A DNA stretch of 64,000 nucleotides. Origin: Octopus vulgaris (taxonomy: Eukaryota). Under the pieces are notes generated by a model. It did not search any database. It was not told the DNA's origin and was given only the letters and a program-made list of their open reading frames with translations. Below, in pieces: positions 28,159 through 42,028 of this stretch (within the stretch, counting starts at the first letter, position 1; each line of letters begins with the position of its first letter). The DNA lies in the NCBI GenBank assembly GCA_951406725.2, contig OX597816.1, forward strand, positions 3,286,001-3,350,000, given 5' to 3'. The position numbers and the translations under genes were made by a program.

Positions 28159-28676
28159 TATGTATGTATGCATGTATGTATGTATGCATGTATGTATGTA
28201 TGTATGTATGTATGTATGTATGTATGTATGTATGTATGTATGTATGTGTGTGTATGTATGTATGTATGTATGTATGTATGTATGTATGTATGTATGTGTG
28301 TATGTATGTGTGTATGTATGTATGTATGTATGTATGTGTGTATGTGTGTATGTATGTATGTATGTATGTATGTATGTATGTATGTATGTGTGTATGTATG
28401 TATTTATGTATTTATGTATGTATGTATGTATGTGTGTATGTATGTATGTATGTATGTATGTATGTATGTATGTATGTATGTATGTATGTATTTATGTATT
28501 TATGTATGTATGTATGTATGTATGTATGTATGTATGTATGTATGTATGTATGTATGTGTGTGTATGTATGTATGTATGCATGTATGTATGTATGTATGTA
28601 TGCATTTATGTATGTATGTATGTATGTATGCATTTATGTATGTATGTATGTATGTATGTATGTATGTATGTATGTG
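28159..28676. repeat. (TATG)n microsatellite
   Basis: Directly visible. Confidence 0.97.
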
Positions 28677-29002
28677 AGCGTGTGTATGTCATCTACACAC
28701 TGAATGCTGAATAAGAAACTAACTCACACCGTTGCTAAACAATAGTTTGTGTATTAACAGCAAGTTGGTTGATATGAAATAAATTAGTACAATTTAAGGC
28801 ATGTGGAGGGCGTGTAGGTAGTAATTCCTTTTTAAAAAATACGTCAAAATACAAAAGAGTGCTCCTTAAAGAACAAAATGTATAAAAAGAAAGTAGCCCT
28901 TGTCCCGTTGAATAAAAGTTAACCCCGAAATCTCCTGCACTTCAACGAATCAATCGCCATAAACTCTGACAAGTTGGTGAAATAAAAAGCACGGAACAAA
29001 AA

Positions 29003-29397
29003 TCTCTCTCTCTATATATAAAGCTGAAGTTGTATGTGTATGGCAGGTTTGGTAGTCTTCAACTAACGCTATCTCCTCCGAGACCCTGCGGCGCAAGTTG
29101 ACCAAAATTGAGAGTATGATAGAAGAAGTCTTGCTCTTCCTTCCGTAGAAGATAAAATTCAAATCGGACCATGTTAACACCAAAAATTATTTACATCAAA
29201 AAGGTGCTTTTTTTCTATGAAAATTCCTATTTTTTACGATTTTTCACTGCTGTGTCTCCATTATTCGGTGTATTTCAACCAGAAAAATGTTCACTTAAAG
29301 AGAATAACAAGCTACAGAATGCAAAATTTTTAGTTTTCAAAAATTCCAATTCTAAAGGGTCGAAACAAACCCGAGCAACACCGGGCGATACTGATAG
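29003..29397 (+). mobile_element. Non-autonomous Helitron (internal type 2)
   Basis: A|TC start, tatataaagctgaagttg 5' block, cccgagcaacaccggg hairpin, ATAG|T end (CTAG variant). Confidence 0.8.
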
Positions 29398-30386
29398 TAA
29401 ATAAATAAAATAAGAGAAAGAAAATGGTTGAAAAAAATAAAAGAAAAAACGCGGAGAATGGAAGCGAGTGACATCGGTTAACCAAAGTAAATCGGAAGAA
29501 TAAATTATAAAAAATTGGAATAAAAGAAATTGCATTTTCATATTAAATATGGATAAATGAATTAGAATTCAAGAAAAATAAAATAAAATAAAATATAAGG
29601 AAATAATAGAAAAATTTGAACCGAGAGAACAGAATTTGCTTTGTCTGACATCAAATGAACAAAAAGTATAATTAGGGATGTGATGTGAGTGACTGTTTGT
29701 GCATGTTTATGTGTGTGTGCATGTGTCTGTGCGCGCGCGTGTATGTGTATGTGTGTGTGTGTATGTGTGACTATAGGTAAACATATCTATCTACAATATC
29801 TAGCGTGGTTGTGTGGTAAGAAGCTTGCTTCCCAACCACAAGGTTCCGGGTTCAGTGGCCTTGTGACAGTGAATTGTGTCATGGTGCTGTTTTTCTCACA
29901 GACGGTGCCCAACTGACCCTACTATACTTTGTAGTTGACCAAATCAATGAAAAAAATGCGCATGCGCAAAATAAAAAATAAAAAATGGCGACAATTTACT
30001 CATCGCACCCAGGATATATTTATACTTGATGGATTCTCTCGTCATGAACGACAAACGAAAGAAACAAGTAGAGAAACGAGACACGAGACAGGCAACATAA
30101 AGAACATTCCCTTCATTAGTTGTCCTCTGATTTATCTACTCCGCGTTTCGAAGGTAGGAACAAGACGCGAATCAGTTAAAACAGTTCTTCCCGCAAAGCA
30201 ATTTAAATGAAAATTTGGATTTTTTGCGGAGGGTTAAATTGGTAACAAAAACAAAACAGTAAGAACAAAACAGTAAAAATAAACCGTGAGAGCTGTTAAA
30301 CCATAACAAGGTGAAGTGGGGAAAACGAGTTTTCAGAAGGGACAAGCAAATGCACGTCTTGCCTTTAGGAAGGAAGTGGAAGAAAG

Positions 30387-30425
<39 letters not shown>

Positions 30426-30779
30426 GGGTTTGTATGATTGTGTATAGAGGGATGTATATTATTCAAAGGAATTCCAACTCTTTTTATGTTTTATTTATAT
30501 TCTTTATAATATTAATGTAGAATATAGAATATATAATATAAATAATATATATATATTATTCACTAGGTGGTGCTATTAAGTTAGACATGGCCTGGGCCAA
30601 TAATGGCCGAAACCTATCAAAGTATCAAAGTATCAAAGTATATATATATAGTAAAATGAAATGAAGTATTGATTGTCTTATTGAATAGATGAAATATTGA
30701 ATATCAAATATTAAGGGACTAGTATACTTTCTTGCATTAAAGCAGTCTTCACAGTCCCAGGTTGTGACAGGAGTGTTTC

Positions 30780-30856
<77 letters not shown>

Positions 30857-30859
30857 GTG

Positions 30860-31067
30860 TGTATGTGTGTGTGTATGTTTGTCCCCCCAACTTCGCTTGA
30901 CAACAGATGCTGGTGTGTTTATGTCCCCGTAACTTAGCGGTTCGGCAAAAGAGACCGATAAAATAAGTACTAGGCTTACAAGAATAAGTCCAGGGGTCGA
31001 TTTACTCGAATAAGGCGGTGCGCTAGCATCGCCACAGTCAAATGACTGAAACAAGTAAAAGAGTAAA
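30860..31067 (+). mobile_element. SINE family B, 3' half
   Basis: gtccccgtaacttagcggttcggcaaaagagaccgata...cagtcaaatgactgaaacaagtaaaagag. Confidence 0.85.
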
Positions 31068-31069
31068 GC

Positions 31070-31464
31070 TCTCTTTATATAAAGCTGAAGTTGTCTGTGT
31101 GTGTGTGGCAGGTTTGGTAGCCTTCAACTAACACTATCTTCTCCGAGACTCTGCGGCGCAAGTTGACCAAAATTGAGAGTATGATAGAAGAAGTCTTGCT
31201 CTTTCTTTCGTAGAAGATAAAATTCAAATCAGACCATGTTAACACCAAAAATTATTTACATCAAAAAGGTGCTTTTTCTCTATGAAAATCCCTATTTTTT
31301 ACGATTTTCTGACTGCTGTGTCTCCATTTTTCGGTGTATTTCAACCAGAAAAATGTTCACTTACAGAGAATAACAAGCTACATAATGCACACATTTTTGC
31401 TTTTCAAAAATTCCAATTCTAAAGGGTCGAAACAAACCCGGGCAACGCCGGGCGATACTGCTAG
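31070..31464 (+). mobile_element. Non-autonomous Helitron (internal type 2)
   Basis: TC start; cccgggcaacgccggg hairpin; CTAG|T end. Confidence 0.85.
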
Positions 31465-32085
31465 TACTATATATAATAAAACGTGACAAAATTCAGCAGA
31501 CATGCGCTGAGTCTCTGAGAGTTTTTACTGCCATTTCCATTCGTTTGGCAGCGATTATGATAAGAGAGTTTTGTGACAAGAGTTGAGAAAGTGAAAGTTT
31601 TATTTCCTCTTATGTCTAAAGTTCAAATTTTATTTTTATATATTATTTATCTACTTAGATTTTTATATTCTATTTTGTTCATTTAAAGAATTATATCCAT
31701 TTATTTATTTATTTATTTATTTCCATCACTAGTTCCTTGTGTACAGGCGAACACAAGTCCTTTCTTTCAAGCCAAACGCTAACGAAAATTTACGACCGCT
31801 TTTCAGGAAATAAAGTGCACATGCGCCCTTATGTAGATCTGGAAATACTATACATGCATACATTATAGATACATATACAGAGAGGTTGCATGCGCACAAG
31901 CACTCATATATATATGTACATATACAAACATACATCATATATATATATATATACACACACACATATATATGTATATATGTATATATATATGTATATGTAT
32001 ACATATACATGCATACACACATACACACACATACATATATGTAATATACATGAATTAAATATATATATATTTACACATATATACT

Positions 32086-32138
<53 letters not shown>

Positions 32139-32419
32139 TATATACACACAGGTATATATTATATATATTTGTATATATGTATATATATATATAACAAGTG
32201 GAGTTGTAAGGATGCATATATATATACATATATATATATATAAATATATATATGCATATACATATACATATATATATATATACATATACATATATATATG
32301 TATATATATATATTTATATACATATATATACACATACATATATATATGTATATATATATTTATATACATATATATACATATACATATATATTCATATACA
32401 TATATACATATACATATAC

Positions 32420-32486
<67 letters not shown>

Positions 32487-33096
32487 TATGAATGTGTGTA
32501 TATAAAGGCGTGCGAGTGCGCGCGTGCTTGTATAACTTTCAGCGCCGAGTGTTCTGATTTTTGCACATGAAATATATTATAATATTAATTAATATAATGG
32601 AAGATTAGTGTTTGTGGTAAAGTTTGAAACTATTATCATTATCATCATCATTATTATTATTATTATCATTATTATTATCATTATCATTATCATTATTATT
32701 ATCGTTTTTATTATTACTATTATTATTATTATTATTATTATTGTTATTATTTGCTGCCTTTCCAGCCGTTTGGTTAACTCGCTTTTACTTAATTAGTAGG
32801 AATACACTGAGTGAGAGAAAGAGCGAGAGAGAGAGACACACACACAGACACCCACCCCCACACACACATGCACGCAATATATATATATACACTTCTCAAC
32901 TACTTACATATGCATACACCCACGATACACCGTTGCTGTATTTTCCACAATCCCTGTATATATACATTTTTTATTTCCTTATTCAATCTCACCCGTGCAC
33001 TCTCCCTCTCTCCCTCTCTCTTTCTCTCTACTTATTCGTTTTCCTATCCTCTTCACCATTGTCCTCTTAGTTAACGTTCACACACACCTACACACG

Positions 33097-33135
<39 letters not shown>

Positions 33136-33469
33136 GGGTGCACTACGTGCGTGCGTGCGTATGTGCATGTATATCTGTGTGTGTGTGGTGCGTGTTTCCT
33201 TTATGCCCGTTTTTATTACAATATCCATTTTGTGTCGGCTGTATGTATTCTCATTTTACTCGAACATTCGCCCCTTTTAGCTAGAAGGGTCCCCAGTAAG
33301 ATGGGGAACAACAGAAAGAAAAAATTACAATCAAAAACCTCCCCAAAAACGACCGGAGCCGATGATAGACGGGGCCTGGAACGGGATGAGAGGGAAACAG
33401 AGAGAGAGAGAAGGAGAGAGAGAAGGAGTAGAAAAAGGGTAGATATAAACAAACAGGTAAGAAATTCTA

Positions 33470-33805
33470 CCACAGGTGGTAAGACCCCTCGAGGGAGTAG
33501 GGCAACCGAATCCCTCCACCCCGTTCGCTGACTACAGATTGTCAGGGGTTCGGGCGCACGCGACCTGGTCCCGTGCATGACGGTTGCATTGCCAGGTGAG
33601 CGGAAGCGGCGCGTGCCGGAGCCATGGCGAACGTGCGTCTGCGCGGGAAGAGGCACGTGGCCATCTCCTTTCCCCCCTCTCCCCTTCATTGTCCAATGAG
33701 GACGGCTGGAGTAAAAGCAACATCGCCGAGCGAGGGAAAGGAAAACGTGCAAAAGTCTGTTTGTTGTTTTTCGGGAGAAGCGAGATGAAGAGGCGAGCGA
33801 AAGGA
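33470..33805. promoter_or_regulatory. CpG/GC-rich unique island, candidate enhancer or promoter
   Basis: Abrupt GC/CpG enrichment between long microsatellites, multiple RCGTG/CACGTG motifs and a CCAAT; no recognisable protein in any frame. Confidence 0.4.
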
Positions 33806-33834
33806 GAGGAAGAACGATGGATGTTCGCAGCGGT

Positions 33835-34131
33835 GATGATGATGATGATGATGATGAGGAGGAGGATGGTAGTGGTGGTGTCGAGGATAATGGCGAAGAT
33901 AGGGGTGGTGATGAGGATGATGATGATGATGATGGTAGTGGTGACGGTAATAATGTTGATGGTAGTGATAGGTACAAATGATGGTGAAGATGATAATGAT
34001 GATGATGGAGGTCATGATGATGTTGTTGTTGATGATGATGATGATGATGATGATGATAGCGATAATGAATGATAATGATGAGGTCGTGACGATGATGATG
34101 ATGGCGATAATGATAATGATGAGGTCGTGAC

Positions 34132-34177
<46 letters not shown>

Positions 34178-34580
34178 ATGGCGGTGGTGGTGACGGTAAT
34201 AATGATGATGGTGGTGATAGATATATATGATGATGATGATGATGATGACAGCGACGACGGTTTCGACGATAATGATGACATCGACGGCGATGCTGCTGCT
34301 GAAGGTGACTATTGTTGTAGATTATGAGACGGTGTTGGCGGAGGCGACAGTGATGGCAATAGCGGTGGTGGCGATGGTGGTGGTACTAATGGCAACAATG
34401 GTAGAGAAAGAGGTAGATGGTAGTAGTCTTGGCGGCAGTTGTAGTGGTGACGGTGGTGTAAGTGGTGTTGTGGTTTCGTCGTCGGTGGTATGGCGATGGT
34501 GGCGGTATTGACAGTATAGCTGATGATGATGCTGACGGTGATGTTATTGGTAGCGATGGTTGTTGTAGTGGCGGTGGTAG
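33835..34580. repeat. (GAT)n/(GGT)n degenerate microsatellite
   Basis: Directly visible. Confidence 0.9.
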
Positions 34581-34696
34581 CACTGTTGGTTGAACGAGCG
34601 ATTTGTTAGTTTCGTTCCGTTTAGGAACAGCAACAACTTCAACAACATCATCCAAACAGCAATAACGAGAGCCAAACTTTTGACAGTTCCGCAGAT

Positions 34697-34718
34697 ACAT
34701 ACACACATACACACATAC

Positions 34719-34792
<74 letters not shown>

Positions 34793-35036
34793 ATATATAT
34801 ACATATATATATACATACATACATATATATATATACATATGTATATATATCCATATATATATATATATATACATACATATACGTATATATATACATATGT
34901 ATATGTATGTATTTATATATGCATACATATATATGTATGTATGTATATATGTATGTATATATATGTATATATGTATGTATGTATTTATATATATATGTAT
35001 ATATATACATATATATATATACATATACATATGTAT

Positions 35037-35078
<42 letters not shown>

Positions 35079-35151
35079 TACATATACATATATATATATA
35101 CATATATATACATATACATATATATATATATACATATACATATATATACAT

Positions 35152-35190
<39 letters not shown>

Positions 35191-35385
35191 TATACATATA
35201 CATATATATATACATATATATACATATGTATACATATATATATATGTATACATACATATATGTATACATATATATATATACATATATATATACAAATATA
35301 TATATACATATATATATACATATATATACATATATATATACATATATACATATACATACACATATATACATATATATATATACAT

Positions 35386-35456
<71 letters not shown>

Positions 35457-35485
35457 ATATATGTGTATGTATATATATTATTATA
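34697..35485. repeat. (TA)n/(TACA)n compound microsatellite
   Basis: Directly visible. Confidence 0.95.
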
Positions 35486-35809
35486 TGTAGAAAAATACAA
35501 ACTAGGACAAGAACGTAGAACATTTAGAAGACGATACAAAACACACGGACGGGACATTCGAAGCCCTCAATCTTCAGTCAAGAACCGGATCATCGTAGCT
35601 ATTTCGGCTGATTAATCTATATATATACATACATAAATACATGCTTCGCGGCATTTCGTACGCCATTACGTTAGGAGTCTGAGTTCAAAAAACACCGAGG
35701 TCAACTTTGCCTTTGTCGATAAACTAAGTACCAGTGAAACACTGGGGTCGACGTGATCAACTAGTCCCCTCCCCCACGAATCTCAAGCATTATACCTGTG
35801 GTAGAAAGA

Positions 35810-36148
<339 letters not shown>

Positions 36149-36370
36149 TCTTTTTATTAAGGCAGCGAGCTAGCAGAATCGTTAGCACGCTGGACTAAAT
36201 GCTTAGCAGTAATTCACCCTTTGGTACGTTCTGAGTTTTCCACCAAGATCGACTTCGCCCTTCATCCTTTCGGGGTCGATAAAGTACCAGTTGAATACTG
36301 GGGTCACTGTTTTCGAGTAACCCCCTCACATTTCAGGCCCTGTGCCTTTGGTAGAAAGGATTATTAATAT

Positions 36371-36445
<75 letters not shown>

Positions 36446-36447
<2 letters not shown>

Positions 36448-36691
36448 TGTTGTGTCTGGGGAGAGTCATTTTATTTTTGTGCCTTATGATTTAACACACT
36501 CACCGGTAAAATTTCCACTTATTTCTTATTCTTATTTTCGTAAAATTTTTGTTGCGTCTTGCAACCTTTTCAATAGTTTTGAAACGAAAATTTTAGGAAA
36601 ATAAAAATAAGAAAAAAGTGGAAAATTTTACCGGTGAGTGTGTTACATAATAAGGCACAAAAAGAGAATGACTCTCCCCAGACACAACAGT
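36446..36691. mobile_element. Fold-back element with ~105-bp arms in (TA)n
   Basis: actgttgtgtctggggagagtca...cactcaccggtaaaatt / aattttaccggtgagtg...tgactctccccagacacaacagt; related copy at 40343-40525. Confidence 0.8.
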
Positions 36692-36747
36692 GTATGCTTC
36701 AACACACGAACTCACATAAAGAATCTTGCAAACCAAACCCCAAAACG

Positions 36748-36796
<49 letters not shown>

Positions 36797-36798
<2 letters not shown>

Positions 36799-37200
36799 CG
36801 CAGGAGTGACTGTGTGGTAAGTAGCTTGCTAATCAACCACATGGTTCCGGGTTCAGTCCCACTGCGTGGCATCTTGGGCAAGTGTCTTCTGCTATAGCCC
36901 CGGGCCGACCAATGCCTCGTGAGTGGATTTGGTAGACGGAAACTGAAAGAAGCCCGTCGTATATATGTATGTATATATATATATATATATGTTTGTGTGT
37001 CTGTGTTTGTCCCCCTAGCATTGCTTGACAACCGATGGTGGTGTGTTTACGTCCCCGTCACTTAGCGGTTCGGCAAAAGATACCGATAGAATAAGTACTG
37101 GGCTTACAAAGAATAAGACCTGGGGGCGATTTGCTCGATTAAAGGCGGTGCTCCAGCATGGCCGCAGTCAAATGACTGAAACAAGTAAAATAGTAAAAGA
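36797..37200 (+). mobile_element. SINE family B, full length
   Basis: tRNA-like head ggcgcaggagtgactgtgtggtaag...ggttcagtccc (A/B boxes), body, internal (TA/GT)n, 3' tail aaggcggtgctccagcatggccgcagtcaaatgactgaaacaagtaaaa. Confidence 0.9.
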
Positions 37201-37717
37201 GTATATATACATATATAGACAGGTACATGTTAGCCCAACCATCAAGACCCATGACAGTTTCAGCGTGAGCGTGGGACTAAGAAAGAGAGAGAGAGGGGAG
37301 AGAGAAAGACAGCAGCGGAAATGAAAGAGTGAATCGAAGATTATTCTTATTTCTTGGTGTTTTTAGTTTTATTTAATGTTTTAGTTCCACTTTTTTCTTT
37401 CCGCCATATTCGGTCTTTTTAAAGCGACACACCGACGTCTTGTTAATGTGAAAGAAAACCGTCTGTTTTGTTAATTTTCCAGTCATAATTTCTTTCTGGG
37501 GACAAAAAAATGGCTTATCGGAAGGTTTTAAACAAGAACCCATCAAAAATCTGTCGAGGTAAAACGCTGAATGTGGTTTTGTATAAGATGAATCGCAAAC
37601 GGAAACGTCGCAGATAACACACCCAGATCCTCCCACCACACACACACACGCTCGCACACATATAGACGATTACACGCTTACATACATACATATCCATCCA
37701 TCCTCACATTTGTATAC

Positions 37718-37759
<42 letters not shown>

Positions 37760-37760
37760 C

Positions 37761-37791
<31 letters not shown>

Positions 37792-37836
37792 CTATCATAT
37801 ATATATACGTATATATATATATATATATATATATAG

Positions 37837-37880
<44 letters not shown>

Positions 37881-37897
37881 TCCTCACATTTGTATAC

Positions 37898-37980
<83 letters not shown>

Positions 37981-37993
37981 TATATGCATAGAG

Positions 37994-38368
37994 TGGAGGG
38001 GCAATGGCCCAGTGGTTAGAGGAGCGGACTCGCGACCGAAGGATTGCAGTTTCGATTCCCAGGCCGGGCGTCGTGAGTGTTTATTGAGCGAAAACGCCTA
38101 AAGCTCCACGACGCTCCGGCAGGGGATGGTGGCGAACCCTGCTGTACTCTTTCACCACAACCTTCTTTCACTCTTTCTTCCTGTTTCTGTTGTCCCTGTA
38201 TTTCAAAGGGGCCAGCCTTGTCACTCTCTGTGTCACGCTGAATATCCCCGAGAACAGCGTTAAGGGTAACGCGTGTCTGTGGAGTGCTCAGCCGCTTGCA
38301 CGTTAATTTCACGAACAGTTGATCGGATCAACCGGAACCCTCGTCGTCGCAACCGACGGAGGACCACA
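37994..38368 (+). mobile_element. SINE family C, full length
   Basis: Head ggaggggcaatggcccagtggttag...gtttcgattccc (tRNA A/B boxes); matches 44141-44529 in reverse. Confidence 0.9.
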
Positions 38369-38568
38369 GATAGGCATTGAGAAAATATGCTGTGGTATTA
38401 AATTACTTGCATTTATGTTGTAGGTTCAAATCTTACCAATGTCCAGTTTGCTTGTTTTGTTTTTTAAGTAACAACTAAATCTTATGATGTCATCAACTCC
38501 AACCTACAAGGCAGACCCTAATGGTTGGATTCGAAACAATATACGCACACACATACACACACACAAAC

Positions 38569-38628
<60 letters not shown>

Positions 38629-38644
38629 GATTATTATTATTATT

Positions 38645-38820
38645 ATTGAGTGAGAGAGCAGTGCATGCCATCAAAGTGACACTGGGGTACAAATATACAA
38701 AGCCCAGTATACCCATCATATACCCATCTTTATCAGATGGGTAGTTATGATGGGTATACTGGGCTTCGTGTATTTTACCCCAGGGTCACTTTGATGGCAT
38801 GCACTGCTCTCTCACTCAAT
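38645..38820. repeat. About 175-bp palindrome flanked by (TTA)n and (AAT)n
   Basis: attgagtgagagagcagtgcatgccatcaaagtgac...gtcactttgatggcatgcactgctctctcactcaat; tiny loop. Confidence 0.9.
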
Positions 38821-38834
38821 AATAATAATAATCT

Positions 38835-39040
38835 TTTCTACTATAGGCACAAGGCTTGAAACTTTAGAGGCGGGGTGTTAAGTCGATTACATCAACCCCA
38901 GTGCTCCGCAGGTACTTAGTTTATCGACCCCGAAAGGATGAAAGGCAAAGTCGACCTCGGCGGAGTCTGTACTCAGAACGTAAGGACGGACGAAATGCCG
39001 CTAAGCATTTTGTCGCGCGTGCTAACGAGTCTGCCAGCTC
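38835..39040 (-). mobile_element. SINE family A
   Basis: Reverse-complement copy (atcgaccccgaaaggatgaaaggcaaagtcgacctcggcgga...gccagctc). Confidence 0.85.
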
Positions 39041-39524
39041 AGGTTTTGGCAAAAAATTAGCAAACTTGGGTTGTGGAGACAAGTATATAGATCTAGTGTA
39101 TGACTGGTACTTATTTTATGAATTCCTGGAAATATGAAAAGCAGTTGACTTCAGCGGGATTTGAAACTTCGAAAGAATTGCAGTAATTATTTTTTAAGAG
39201 TAAAACTCGAAGTAGATAAAGCTATAAATAATTGCGTGTAAATTTCGGTTCTAAAATTTCGTTGTATGGAAAAAAGAAGGTTAATAGGGAAGCAGTTACT
39301 TAGGAGGGCAAATAGGGCAAATAATAAATAATAATTCAACACTCTTCAGGACCAAAGGGCTTCTTCTTATCATTGAGAAAGGGTCATTTAGTTTTTTTCT
39401 TTATATATATATTTTATGCTGTTCCTATATTTTTATGACAGGGGGAGAAAGATTTGAGGGAGATTTAGCTGCTGTTTGTTACATGTCGAGCGATTACGTG
39501 GAGGTTTCCCCTTTTGACATTATT

Positions 39525-39555
<31 letters not shown>

Positions 39556-40342
39556 GAGAGAGGGGGAGGGAGAAAGAGGGAGGGGGAGAGAGGGAGAGAG
39601 AGAAGAAGAAGAAGAAGTCTGATGACAAGGCAGAGTTTTATAGTAACCCATCGATGTCGACTTTCGAATTTCCTCTTTTCGAGTTCGATAACATAATCAA
39701 TATAACACTGAACGAATATAATTAAAGAATCGTTTTGCTCAAGAATGAGAAATCAATACGGATAGAAACGTTAAAGTAGATATTGAACGTTAAATGCCAA
39801 TTTGTGACATTGGGCCTGAGTCAGAGATTGAATCGCTAACGAGCGACCATATTTCTGATATGGAGAACGAGTTTGACAGTTCTGTCTTTAGATAGGGGGG
39901 TCAGCAGACTTCTTATATCATTCACTTTGTCACAGAACCGTAGATAAGTTATCAGTCGCCGTCAATAAATTTTAAATTATTATGAAATAAAAGAAAACTC
40001 TTGAATTAAAGATCGCAGTTCCTTTGTTCTTTTGCGTCGGCGTTTTTTAAATAAGAAATATTTCAAGAAATTTTATGAAAATACTAAACGAAATTGATAA
40101 AGAATGATAAAAATTCAGTCATACTTCATTGATCTGATCGAAATATTTAATGATTACTAACCTTTTCGACAGCCACATTACGTAGACTTCCCCCACCCCA
40201 GGGCAATATGGATCTCTTCGTAAATCCTTAAAACGGTGAAAGTGGATCTCTCATAATGTTATTGTGAAACAGTTTTTATTTTACTTCGTTTTTGTATCCT
40301 GTTTGCAAGATTCTTAATGTGAATTCGTGTTTTGAAACAAAT

Positions 40343-40525
40343 TTTGTTGTGTCTGGGGAGAGTCATACTGCTTAATATATTGAACACACTCACCGGTTCA
40401 ATTTCCACTCACTTACTTATTTTTTTGTCTGTTTCAGACAAAATGAATAAATAAATGAGTGGAAACTGAACCGGTGAGTGTGTTCAATATACTAAGGTAA
40501 TATGACTCTGCCCAGACACAACAAA
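40343..40525. mobile_element. Fold-back element, same family as 36446-36691
   Basis: tttgttgtgtctggggagagtcata...cactcaccggttca / tgaaccggtgagtg...tatgactctgcccagacacaacaaa. Confidence 0.8.
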
Positions 40526-40717
40526 GTTATTATTTTACATCATTTTTATATAACACTGATGGTGATAAAAATAATAAAAATAATAATGATTGGTGAGGAG
40601 TTCTTTAGAAAAGTAATATAAAGAAGAAATACTTGAAAGAGAAAAATTTTTTGATTCAAAATATATATTTATTTTAATTCATTAAACAGGATGAGCGATA
40701 TATATACAGAAAGATAA

Positions 40718-40945
40718 GGCGGCGAGCTGGCAGAAATGTTAGCAGGCCGGGCGAAATGCGTAGCTGTATTTCGTCTGCCGTTACGTTCTGAGTTCAAATT
40801 CCGCCGAGGTCGACTTTGCCTTTCATCATTTTGGAGGTCAATAAATTAAGTACCAGTTACGCACTGGGGTCAATGTAATCGACTTAATACCTATGTCTGT
40901 CCTTGTTTGTCCCCTCTGTGTTTAGCCCCTTGTAGGTAGTAAAAA
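40718..40945 (+). mobile_element. SINE family A, full-length monomer
   Basis: ggcggcgagctggcagaa...gagttcaaattccgcc...taagtaccagttacgcactggggtc...tttagcccccttgt. Confidence 0.9.
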
Positions 40946-41639
40946 GATATATATATAGAGAGAGATATTAAACTCTGATGAATTCTAGGGAGCAAAAAAA
41001 AATGTAACAAAATACAAAGACTTAAACAGGACGGCCATGTCCAGAAAATCTTTGCTCCTTGAAAACTCTGTCGGTTGGGTTGTATCGTCGCTGTCATTTA
41101 AAGAAACCCATTCACTTAACTCGGGTGTTAATTCCTCCTTCTAAATTAACAGAATCGTTAGGACATCGGTCAAAAGAATTGCGACATTTAAATATGGCCG
41201 TCTACGTTATTAGTTGAAATCCCGTCGAAATCAACTTTGTCTTCTTTCCTTCTGGAGTCGACAATATAAAGTACTAATCAACTAATTGTAGGGTCAACTT
41301 AGTATTCTTACATCGCTACTAAAATTATTCGCGAGATAAGCACAAACGTAATGCAGTGTCCTGTCTCTATCGAACTTGGAGGCTTTATGTCTGGGGAAGA
41401 TCTTGGTCCTTTAATCGAAAAGGTTGGGAAAAGATGATTTCATGTTGAAATAGACTCAGTGATGTAACTGCAGCCATTTAGCTGGGTGCAAGAGCTTATG
41501 GTGTTCTCACAGCGGATATTTGCTTAGATTTACAGCATTCGATTGTTAGAAGCAACAAATGCAACGTCTACGAGGTCACCAGACCAGAGAGAAACAGCAA
41601 ACCTTTAAAAAGGTAAAGACATATTAGTTCTGTAATAGT

Positions 41640-42028
41640 TCTATATATAAATAAAGCTGAAGTTGTCTGTGTGGCAGGTTTGGTAGCCTTCAACTAACAC
41701 TATCTCCTCCGAGATCCTGCGGCACAAGTTGACCAAAATTGAAAGTATGATAGAAGGCTTGCTCTTCCTTCCGTAGAAGATAAAATTCAAATCGAATCAT
41801 GTTAACACCAAAAATTATTTACATCAAAAAGGTGTTTTTTTTCCTATGAAAATCCCTATTTTTTTACGATTTTTTAACTGCTGTGTCTCCATATTTCGGT
41901 GTATTTCAACCAGAAAAATGTTCACTTAAAGAGAATAACAAGCTACATAATGCAAAATTTTTACTTTTCAAAAATTCCAATTCTAAAGGGTCGAAACAAA
42001 CCCGAGCAACGCCGGGCGATACTGCCAG
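41640..42028 (+). mobile_element. Non-autonomous Helitron (internal type 2)
   Basis: TC start; cccgagcaacgccggg hairpin; CCAG|T end (CTAG variant). Confidence 0.8.

Noticed and set aside
33216-33977. 253-aa minus-strand ORF through the GC island
   Set aside because: The N-terminus is microsatellite-derived and the rest has no recognisable homology; open frames are expected in GC-rich DNA.
34386-35557. Longest ORFs in the track (337, 291 aa) and similar YI/CV/LSIY ORFs elsewhere
   Set aside because: Stop-free frames produced by (TA)n, (TG)n, (TATG)n and (TCTA)n microsatellites.
37994-38070. tRNA-like sequences (also 36797, 40718, 44460-44529)
   Set aside because: They continue into SINE bodies and tails, some with TSDs; they are SINE heads, not tRNA genes.
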